Positions 7,682 through 15,173 of a DNA stretch of 23,494 bases are shown one piece after another. The stretch's first letter is position 1; each line of letters opens with the position of its first letter. This stretch comes from a bacterium (GTDB taxonomy: Bacteria > SZUA-182 > DTGQ01). The stretch spans positions 1 through 23,494 of the forward strand of contig JBFMGO010000097.1 in the NCBI GenBank assembly GCA_040752695.1, given 5' to 3'. A model generated the notes under the pieces. It saw only the letters and a list, made by a program, of their open reading frames with translations, was not told the DNA's origin and made no database searches. Position numbers and translations under genes: made by a program.

Positions 7682-9298
7682 ATGAAACTGCAGAGGAGAG
7701 TGCGTTGGCAGTGGATGCCGTTCCTCTTAACGTTATTTTTAACCTGTTTTATTTCCATCCTTTCGTTTCATGATTATTGCCAGGCAGCAAGGAGGAGGCC
7801 GTATGCAGCAAGTGCTTCCGATCATGATTTCCCGTATACGAACTGCTCCCTGCGCGTCGTTGATGCCGATGTGCGTGACGTACTTCGGGCCTTTGCCGAT
7901 AAATATAAACTAAGCATTATCATGAGTGAGGACGTTAAGGGAAAGATCAGCATTATCGTCAATAATATTCCTGTTAAAGAGGCATTTGAAGGTATTTTGG
8001 AATATGCGGATTTGGGGTATATGAAAGAAGGAGATATTTACCGGATCAGGCCGCTCGATCGGCTCCTCAAGAAAGAAGAATTGAATCAGTATGTCGAGGA
8101 GCTCAATACTGAGGTTATTCTTTTAAAACATGCCAATGCCGAGCGGCTGGTACCCAGTATATCCAAGTTTAAGTCAAATTTACCGGAAGCTGTGATCGAT
8201 ATCGATAAATGGACTAATTCGATTGTGATTAAAGATAAGGCAAAGACGATCGAAGAGGTAAAATCGATCATCAATCAATTGGATGTTGCTGATCCTCCTG
8301 CAGAGGTCAAGGAACTGACCCAAACTACCGAAATCATTAAACTTCATTATCTCAAATGCCAGGATGTCGCCAAGCTCAAGATTCTGGAAGGAAAGGCCAG
8401 CGCCCACGAGCAAACTAATTCCGTTATTATTACCGACCTGCCGGAAAAAATCGCCCATCTCATCAGCATGATCAATGACCTGGACAAACCGATTTGCCAG
8501 ATTCTGATAGAGGCCAGGATTGTCGAAACAACGAAAAGCTTTAGCCATACCTTTGGTATTCAGTGGGGCGGTCATTACAAGGATGGTCCTCCGTCAGGGA
8601 AAACTTTTCCGACAGTAACGATCGGCGGCGCCATCAACGGGACCAATTTTAATGGCACTCCTGCCAATTATGCCGTAAATGTGCCTGGGACCGTGAATCC
8701 TTATGGGGATATTGATATCTTGCTAGGTCATATCAAGGACAAGATTGCTCTGAACATGCGGCTGTCAGCCATGGAAGACAGCGGGAATGGTCGGATTATT
8801 TCTCAACCCCGTATTATGACCCTGGATAACACCATGGCCACGATCAGCACCGGCGAGATCTTTCAATTACCTCCCGTGTCAAATAACGGGACAACGGTAG
8901 TGACCGGCGGTCAATATGCCAACACAGCTTCCGACAATGAAAAGGAAGCCAAAACACGACTGACCGTAGTCCCGCATACCATTTCCAGCAATGAGATTAA
9001 GCTCAGCATCTCGATTAACCGCGACACTCCGGATTTTAGCCGCACGATCAATAATGTGCCTGTTATTATTACCCGGGAGGCGGAAACAGAACTCATTCTC
9101 AGCGATGGAGAGACGGCAGTTATCGGGGGTCTGGCCACCACAGCAGCTACCCGAAAGGAGTCGGGTGTCCCCTGGCTCAGTAAGATCCCGCTTTTGGGGT
9201 GGTTCTTCAAAGGGAAAACGAATACTTCCGAATATGGGGAACTGCTCGTTTTTATTACTCCCCATATTGTTCAAGCTCAAACTCAGGCTCAGAACTAG
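7682..9298 (+). CDS. pilQ: Type IV pilus secretin PilQ (compact, no AMIN domains)
   Basis: Signal peptide, 'SLRVVDADVRDVLRAFA' N0/STN domain, two Secretin_N repeats ('TNSIVIKD', 'TNSVIITD'), 'QILIEARIVE', 'GIQWGG', 'DGETAVIGG', 'GVPWLSKIPLLGWFFK' and 'ELLVFITPHIV'. Confidence 0.93.
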   Translation: MKLQRRVRWQWMPFLLTLFLTCFISILSFHDYCQAARRRPYAASASDHDFPYTNCSLRVVDADVRDVLRAFADKYKLSIIMSEDVKGKISIIVNNIPVKEAFEGILEYADLGYMKEGDIYRIRPLDRLLKKEELNQYVEELNTEVILLKHANAERLVPSISKFKSNLPEAVIDIDKWTNSIVIKDKAKTIEEVKSIINQLDVADPPAEVKELTQTTEIIKLHYLKCQDVAKLKILEGKASAHEQTNSVIITDLPEKIAHLISMINDLDKPICQILIEARIVETTKSFSHTFGIQWGGHYKDGPPSGKTFPTVTIGGAINGTNFNGTPANYAVNVPGTVNPYGDIDILLGHIKDKIALNMRLSAMEDSGNGRIISQPRIMTLDNTMATISTGEIFQLPPVSNNGTTVVTGGQYANTASDNEKEAKTRLTVVPHTISSNEIKLSISINRDTPDFSRTINNVPVIITREAETELILSDGETAVIGGLATTAATRKESGVPWLSKIPLLGWFFKGKTNTSEYGELLVFITPHIVQAQTQAQN

Positions 9299-9358
9299 AG
9301 GATTATATCCGGTTTCAATGGTACCATGATAGTTTTTCTTAACAGTTAGGAAACGCAT

Positions 9359-11089
9359 ATGCCTAAAGGATATCGTCAAGAATATGAGTTAATCGGAAAT
9401 CTCCTTACCAAGAGCAATCTGATCACCAAAGGCCAACTGGAAGAGGCTTACCGCAAACACAGGCACACCGGAGAGCGATTGGGTGACATTCTTCTGAACA
9501 TGGGCTTGATTTCCGAGGAGGATCTTTTAAAGACCCTAGCAAGACAACTGCACATCGAGTATATCGACAGAGAGGGTTTGAGTCACGTGAACCAGGCATA
9601 TGCACAACTGATTCCCGAATCGATGGCTCGAAAATACCTTGCACTTCCTCTTTCCGTCGATGAAACCTCGGTCACCGTAGCCATGTCAGATCCCTTTGAT
9701 CTTCTAGCAATCGATAACATTCAAAAAGTCACACACCGGGAAATCAAGCCGGCGATTGCTTCCAAACGCGATATCGAAGATTCAATCAATCTTCTCTACA
9801 AAAGGCGTGAAGAGGCGCAGCTTTTAGAGGTTCTCGAGGACCTGCACGCACAGCACCTGGAGGTTCAAGAACGCAAGGAAGAGGAAAAAGTAGACATCGA
9901 GTCTTTAAAACAGCAGGTTGAAGATGCGCCGGTGGTCAAACTGGTGGATTATATCATCAGTAATGCCATTTCTAGGAGGGCCAGCGATATCCATATCGAG
10001 CCGACTGAAAAGGAACTGCTCATCCGGTATCGTATCGACGGTGTCCTGCATAAAATTCTCTCCCCTTCCAAACAACTGCGCTCAGCCATCATCTGCCGAA
10101 TCAAGATCCTGTCCAATCTGGATATCGCCGAGCGCCGGCTTCCACAGGATGGAAGGTTCACGGTTAAATTCGGCAGCAGAGAAATCGATCTGCGAGTTTC
10201 GAGTATCCCCACTATCTTTGGCGAGAAGATAGTCTTACGATTGCTCGAAAAAAGCTCCTTCAATTTTCGTCTGGAGGAATTGGGGCTCGATAACCATCAA
10301 CTGAAAATTTTCAGGCATCACATGTACCTCCCCTATGGGATGGTTCTTCTGACAGGCCCGACAGGGAGCGGGAAATCCACCACGCTCTATTCTATCCTCT
10401 CACGCATCCGCTCCCCTGAGAAAAACATCATTACCATTGAAGACCCGGTAGAATATCAAATCGAAGGGATCAACCAGATCCAGGCTAATTTTAAAATCGG
10501 ACTTTCTTTTGCGCAGGGTCTGCGGTCAATTCTTCGACAGGATCCGGATGTTATCATGGTGGGGGAGATCCGTGATCAGGAAACCGCTGAAATCTCTATC
10601 AGGTCTGCACTCACCGGGCATCTCGTTTTCAGTACGCTTCATACGAATGATGCGGTTGGGACACTCATCCGGCTGATCAATATGGGCATCGAACCTTTTC
10701 TGGTCTGCAATTCTCTGACTCTCACCGTAGCCCAGCGCCTGGTGCGCCGCATCTGCCCTCATTGCAAGGAGGCATATACTCCCAGTGAAACACTGATCGA
10801 AAGCCTTGGCCTGCAGCCTGATCGTAATGAGAGTGTTGTCTTTTACCGGGGCCGGGGCTGTGAGAAATGCAATAATACCGGATATTATGGTCGCATTGGT
10901 CTGTTCGAGCTTCTGGTTGTCAATCAATCGATTCGTAATTTGGTGCTGCAAAACGCCTTACCCGATATAATAAAGAGGAAGGCTATTGAAAATGGAATGA
11001 CGACACTTCTGGAAAGCGGTTTACATAAAGTAATTCAGGGAATTACATCGATAGAGGAAATTCTTAAAACATGTACGGAGGAAGATTAG
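9359..11089 (+). CDS. pilB: Type IV pilus assembly ATPase PilB (GspE/PulE family) with N-terminal MshEN domain
   Basis: MshEN motif RLGDILLNMGLISEEDLLKTLARQ, 'ASDIHIEP', 'DIAERRLPQDG', Walker A GPTGSGKST, 'LRQDPDVIMVGEIRD', His box 'TGHLVFSTLHTN' and Zn site CPHC...CEKC. Confidence 0.95.
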   Translation: MPKGYRQEYELIGNLLTKSNLITKGQLEEAYRKHRHTGERLGDILLNMGLISEEDLLKTLARQLHIEYIDREGLSHVNQAYAQLIPESMARKYLALPLSVDETSVTVAMSDPFDLLAIDNIQKVTHREIKPAIASKRDIEDSINLLYKRREEAQLLEVLEDLHAQHLEVQERKEEEKVDIESLKQQVEDAPVVKLVDYIISNAISRRASDIHIEPTEKELLIRYRIDGVLHKILSPSKQLRSAIICRIKILSNLDIAERRLPQDGRFTVKFGSREIDLRVSSIPTIFGEKIVLRLLEKSSFNFRLEELGLDNHQLKIFRHHMYLPYGMVLLTGPTGSGKSTTLYSILSRIRSPEKNIITIEDPVEYQIEGINQIQANFKIGLSFAQGLRSILRQDPDVIMVGEIRDQETAEISIRSALTGHLVFSTLHTNDAVGTLIRLINMGIEPFLVCNSLTLTVAQRLVRRICPHCKEAYTPSETLIESLGLQPDRNESVVFYRGRGCEKCNNTGYYGRIGLFELLVVNQSIRNLVLQNALPDIIKRKAIENGMTTLLESGLHKVIQGITSIEEILKTCTEED

Positions 11090-11095
11090 CAGTCC

Positions 11096-12343
11096 ATGCC
11101 TGTCTTTCAGTATAAGGCCAAGCGATTTGATGGGAAAATTATTGCCGGTGTAATCGATCTGGATAATGAAATAACCCTTATCGATCGGCTTCACCGGAAA
11201 AATGCCGTTCTATTGTCAGCCAGTGAAGTGGAAGATGGCAAGAAGGCCAGAATGCCCCAAGTCGGGTTGAAGGAAAAAATCCATGAGAAATGCAAAAAGG
11301 CTGTCAGTCCTATCTCTTCCAATGAAATTTTACTCTTTACTCACCAATTGGCTGCCATGTTCGGGGCTGGAGTACCACTGTCCCGCTGCCTTGAATCCCT
11401 GGCCAAGGATTTAAAAAATAAAAAATTTCGTGATGTCGTTTCTGAAATCTATCGTGATATTGAAAGCGGGGATGATTTATCCGAGGCAATGGCCAAACAT
11501 CCTCATGTCTTCAGCAAGCTCTATATTAATATGATCCATGCCGGTGAATCAAGCGGAACACTATCGACTATTCTCAACCAGTTGTCCTTTTACCAGGAGA
11601 GCGCCATGGAAATACGTGGCAGGCTTAAAACTGCCCTGGCCTATCCTGCTGCCTTGATCTTTTTCGCTCTGGTGGTTACCTTTGCCTTATTGTTGTTCAT
11701 TATTCCGCAATTTAATCAGATTTATACCCGGCTTAATACCGAATTGCCCCTGCCAACAAAAATCCTGATGAACATCAGCAATATGGTTCAGCATGGCTAT
11801 GGATGGTTTATTGCCGGCTTCATTGGATTTTGGCTACTTTCCTGGATTATCCTCCAGACCAGTCAAGGCAGGTATACCTGGGACAGGATCAAGCTGCGCA
11901 TTCCTATTCTAGGCCCTATTATGGTCAAAAGCATTTTTACCCAATTTTCAAGAACCCTTTCTATTCTCTTGAAAAGCGGGTTACCCGTTATTCAGTCATT
12001 AAAGATTATCAGTGAGTCAACTCCCAATGTTTTTATTGAAAAGAAGGTTGAAGAGTGCTCCATCAAGATACAAAGAGGAGCTACGATTTCGGAAGCTTTC
12101 AGCGAAGGGAGTGTTTTCCCAGAGCTTATGCTGCAAATGATTACTTCAGGAGAAGAGTCGGGAACCTTGTTTGCCATGCTTTCTAAAGTTGCCGACTTCT
12201 ATCAACAACAGGTGAGCACTACGGTTGCTGCACTTACTTCTATCCTTGAACCAGTCCTTATCGTGACTTTAGGTTTGATCATTGGCTCTATCGCCATATC
12301 CATCTTTTTGCCGATCTTTCGGATGGGAGGAGCATTCCATTAA
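11096..12343 (+). CDS. pilC: Inner-membrane platform protein PilC (GspF family)
   Basis: 'MPVFQYKA', 'FTHQLAAMFGAGVPL', 'AGESSGTL', 'ALAYP', 'GEESGTL', 'LEPVLIV' and C-terminal 'FLPIF'; two T2SSF repeats. Confidence 0.95.
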   Translation: MPVFQYKAKRFDGKIIAGVIDLDNEITLIDRLHRKNAVLLSASEVEDGKKARMPQVGLKEKIHEKCKKAVSPISSNEILLFTHQLAAMFGAGVPLSRCLESLAKDLKNKKFRDVVSEIYRDIESGDDLSEAMAKHPHVFSKLYINMIHAGESSGTLSTILNQLSFYQESAMEIRGRLKTALAYPAALIFFALVVTFALLLFIIPQFNQIYTRLNTELPLPTKILMNISNMVQHGYGWFIAGFIGFWLLSWIILQTSQGRYTWDRIKLRIPILGPIMVKSIFTQFSRTLSILLKSGLPVIQSLKIISESTPNVFIEKKVEECSIKIQRGATISEAFSEGSVFPELMLQMITSGEESGTLFAMLSKVADFYQQQVSTTVAALTSILEPVLIVTLGLIIGSIAISIFLPIFRMGGAFH

Positions 12344-12414
12344 GGAAAAATTTTCGTGTTCCCAATGCCTTTTTACCGCTTTACTCTCAAAGGGTCTTGA
12401 TAACAGGAAGACAC

Positions 12415-12708
12415 ATGGTTGAAATTCGTAAATATACGGTTAAATCTAAAAAGGTCAATTTGAAAGTGGTAGTATTCACTTCAGAAACGAAAATTATTGG
12501 CACCATTCATATCCCGGGAGGAAGATTAACGGATTTCCTCAATAATAAGGGAGCGTCCGAAGCTGAAGCATTTATTCCTGTGACCGATGCATCTATTTAC
12601 TCAAAGGATTCTGACAACCTGCTTTACTTTGCAAAATTCCTCGGCATTAATAAGGAACAAATCATTCTCATATTTCCTCTGGAAGATAATGCCGAGATGG
12701 AAGCCTGA
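12415..12708 (+). CDS. Small cytoplasmic DUF6812-like protein (ATG 12415 preferred over TTG 12397)
   Basis: Pattern 'IIGTIHIP..RLTDFLN...FIPVTDASIY...FLGINKEQI' resembles DUF6812 proteins as I recall them. RBS-like AGGA precedes ATG 12415. Confidence 0.7.
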   Translation: MVEIRKYTVKSKKVNLKVVVFTSETKIIGTIHIPGGRLTDFLNNKGASEAEAFIPVTDASIYSKDSDNLLYFAKFLGINKEQIILIFPLEDNAEMEA

Positions 12709-12750
12709 GTAAAACGGTTTGATTATCCGATAAGGTCTTAAAAAACGTTC

Positions 12751-13869
12751 ATGAAAAAAACGGTACGTTTTCTTTTCCTTCTATCGATAAGTGTCTCCTT
12801 GTCTCTCATCCTTGTTTCCTGCGCTTATATGGAAGCCTGCAAACACATGCAATCAGACATAGAGATGATGCAAAACCAATTACTTGTCAATCAAAAGAAG
12901 CAAAACCAGGTTGCTGCTTTATCCGAGCAGTTATATCACAGTCTCTCCACGTTGCATAATGATCTCATTCACCTTGAAGACCGGTTAAAATATGTTGAAC
13001 AAATTCAACAGGCAACGGTCGAGCAGCCGGAGCAACCAAAACAAAAATCCGTAGCATTGCCGTATACGGTCATCAATGCGCCAGGCATCATTGATCCGTC
13101 AGGTCGCCATACCCCTTTATCCCGGCAGACAGATACTCCAGCCCTTATGGCCCGGATGGCCCAAAGTCCCGCTCCCATGACCCGGAAGACTCATAGTCCT
13201 GCTCCCATAGTCCAGAAGGCCCAAAGTCCCGCGCCCGTAGCCCGGAAGGCCCAAAGTCTTGACCCTGTATCGATGCAAGCTGAGAACCCTGGTCAGGTAT
13301 CTTCGCCAGTCGAAGGTCCTGCTCCAACCTCTCGTCCGGTTAAAATTTCCGCTTCCCTATCCCGGCAGGACAAAACCCCTGCTTCTGTTTCACAGCAACA
13401 GGACGAAAAGCCTGTCCCTGCGATAAGTTCGAAAGCGGCTTCCTGGGCAGTGCTCGATCAAGGTCCTCCCCTTTCGGATACTGATCTTTACCATGAGGCA
13501 ATAGAAAACCTCCGTAAGGGCAACATTGAATCTGCCAGAAAAGAATTCCAGGAATATGTCGAACGCTCCCCCGATACCGGCCTTATCGATAATGCGCAGT
13601 ATTGGCTTGCCGAGTGTTTTTACCGCCAAAATAAATTCGATCTGGCCATCAGGCATTTTCAAAAAGTAATTGATCGTTACCCACAAGGAAACAAAATTGA
13701 AGCTGCAACACTGAAATTAGGGGACTCCTACTTTCATATCGGCAACTATGAATCCTCATTATCCATTTTAAAGGCTCTTATCGCCCGATATCCTAAAAGT
13801 TCGGAAGCACACCTGGCTAGAAAAAGAGTGGATAAAATTACTTCCATTCTCACTGGTCCCACCACATAA
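12751..13869 (+). CDS. CpoB/YbgF-like TPR lipoprotein with a Pro-rich repeat linker
   Basis: Lipobox LVS|C, N-terminal coiled coil and C-terminal TPRs 'LYHEA..L..GN..AR..FQEYV...P...DNAQYWLAECFY...YPQGNK...ATLKLG...YPKS'. Confidence 0.85.
   Translation: MKKTVRFLFLLSISVSLSLILVSCAYMEACKHMQSDIEMMQNQLLVNQKKQNQVAALSEQLYHSLSTLHNDLIHLEDRLKYVEQIQQATVEQPEQPKQKSVALPYTVINAPGIIDPSGRHTPLSRQTDTPALMARMAQSPAPMTRKTHSPAPIVQKAQSPAPVARKAQSLDPVSMQAENPGQVSSPVEGPAPTSRPVKISASLSRQDKTPASVSQQQDEKPVPAISSKAASWAVLDQGPPLSDTDLYHEAIENLRKGNIESARKEFQEYVERSPDTGLIDNAQYWLAECFYRQNKFDLAIRHFQKVIDRYPQGNKIEAATLKLGDSYFHIGNYESSLSILKALIARYPKSSEAHLARKRVDKITSILTGPTT
13111..13410 (+). repeat. In-frame 30-bp (10-aa) degenerate tandem repeat, about 10 units
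   Basis: TPLSRQTDTP/ALMARMAQSP/APMTRKTHSP/APIVQKAQSP/APVARKAQSL/DPVSMQAENP/GQVSSPVEGP/APTSRPVKIS/ASLSRQDKTP/ASVSQQQDEK. DNA GGCCCAAAGTC recurs at multiples of 30 bp. Confidence 0.85.
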
Positions 13870-13888
13870 TAAAAAGGAGGTTGCACGT

Positions 13889-14971
13889 ATGGCCGGCCAA
13901 AGGAAAAGCTTAGAGTGGTTACTGATTACCTTTCTGTGTGTTTTTTCTGCCATGACGATCCACTCCATCCAGACGATTGAGGCAGAACAGGTTCCTTCGG
14001 TGTACATCGTTAAAGAAGGAGATACCTTATGGGATATTTCAAAGCGCTATCTTGAGAATCCTTTTCTCTGGCCCGGTTTATGGGAAATGAATAAACATAT
14101 CAAAGATCCTCAATGGATTTATCCTGGGCAGCCTCTCATGTTAAAAGAAGAAAAAGTATCCATTCCGGCGGATGATATCGTACGCACCGGGCATCCTGCG
14201 AAGGTAGTCAAGCTTACTCAGCCGGAACAGCATCTTGAGCAGGCAGCACCACCTCCACTGCCTGCGGACTATCTGCTCAATCGCGACCGGATCGACTCGT
14301 GTGGTTACATTCTTCCAAAACAGGAACTTCTCATCAAAGAAAAGCAGGAAGAATGGGGAATGATTATCGATGGACCTGACAGCAAGGTCAACTACAGCTA
14401 TCCAGACATCATTTATATTAATAAGGGCAGGAACCAGGTTTCCCCTGGCGCACTGTTTACGGTGTTCCGCTCTCAGGATACGGTATTTCACCCGCAAACC
14501 AACCAGGAACTCGGCGTTCAGATCCAGATCCTTGGAATAATAGAAGTAAAGGAAGTTCTGGATACTATTTCAAGAGCAAAAATCATAAAGTCCTTTGCAG
14601 AAATACACGAGCAAGACAGGATCAAGACCTATCAGCAAATCCCTTTACCCGTGCGAAGTAAGCCAAAGCCGAAAATTCAGGGAATGCTCATTGCCAGCGA
14701 AGATGGACGACTCAATCTAGCCATTCAGGATATTGTCTTTCTGGATCAGGGCAAAAAGCAACAGATCCAGGCTGGCAACAGCTTTACCATTTACCGCAAG
14801 GATTCGATTTTCGATGTAAGTTCAGAAGAAAAAGGTCTGTGGCCAGTCTCGGTAGATGATGTGATCGGAGAACTGTTGATACTGAAAGCGGAAGAAAATA
14901 CCAGTACAGCCCTGATCACAAAAAGCGATGACGCAATTATGGTCGGATACCTGTTTTCAGTACGTCCCTGA
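13889..14971 (+). CDS. LysM peptidoglycan-binding protein, TsaP-like (secretin-associated)
   Basis: Signal peptide, LysM 'YIVKEGDTLWDISKRYLENPFLWPGLWEMN..IKDPQWIYPGQ', and two beta-domains ('DIIYINKG...PG..FTVFR', 'DIVFLDQG...QAGNSFTIYR...IGELLIL'). Strong RBS AAGGAGG. Confidence 0.85.
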   Translation: MAGQRKSLEWLLITFLCVFSAMTIHSIQTIEAEQVPSVYIVKEGDTLWDISKRYLENPFLWPGLWEMNKHIKDPQWIYPGQPLMLKEEKVSIPADDIVRTGHPAKVVKLTQPEQHLEQAAPPPLPADYLLNRDRIDSCGYILPKQELLIKEKQEEWGMIIDGPDSKVNYSYPDIIYINKGRNQVSPGALFTVFRSQDTVFHPQTNQELGVQIQILGIIEVKEVLDTISRAKIIKSFAEIHEQDRIKTYQQIPLPVRSKPKPKIQGMLIASEDGRLNLAIQDIVFLDQGKKQQIQAGNSFTIYRKDSIFDVSSEEKGLWPVSVDDVIGELLILKAEENTSTALITKSDDAIMVGYLFSVRP

Positions 14972-15006
14972 AAGATAAGAAGATCACTCCAATGGTCTGC
15001 TTTTTA

Positions 15007-15059
15007 AAAGGGCGGGCCCCGCGCGTTATCTTGCGCGGGGCCCGATCCTCTTTGTTTTT
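15007..15059. terminator. Strong, probably bidirectional intrinsic terminator between convergent operons
   Basis: Perfect 12-bp GC stem CGGGCCCCGCGC (15013-15024)/GCGCGGGGCCCG (15033-15044). T-rich tail on the + strand; A-run upstream gives a T tail on the - strand. Confidence 0.88.
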
Positions 15060-15072
15060 ATGGGGGGAAAAA

Positions 15073-15096
15073 TCCCAAACTCTCTCCCAAACTCTC
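15073..15096. repeat. 12-bp perfect tandem duplication TCCCAAACTCTC x2
   Basis: Read directly at 15073-15084 and 15085-15096. Confidence 0.8.
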
Positions 15097-15116
15097 TTTT
15101 GTTTCACTTTTCCGGC

Positions 15117-15173
15117 TTACTCTTTTCTTTGATTTACTCATCCTTGAGGATTACTCTTTCTACTGATTTACTC
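15117..15173 (-). repeat. Four TTACTC (GAGTAA on the - strand) motifs at exact 17-bp period
   Basis: TTACTC begins at 15117, 15134, 15151 and 15168. The last copy is the final codon plus stop (GAG TAA) of the HD-GYP gene. Confidence 0.8.

Noticed and set aside
3677..12343. Canonical type II secretion system
   Set aside because: Cytoplasmic PilM plus separate PilN, a PilQ-like secretin and a PilA-like (not GspG-like) major pilin fit a type IV pilus better. A secretion role is not excluded.
12710..12733. Second sigma28 promoter (TAAA…TCCGATAA) upstream of the CpoB-like gene
   Set aside because: Spacing is 12 nt rather than about 15.
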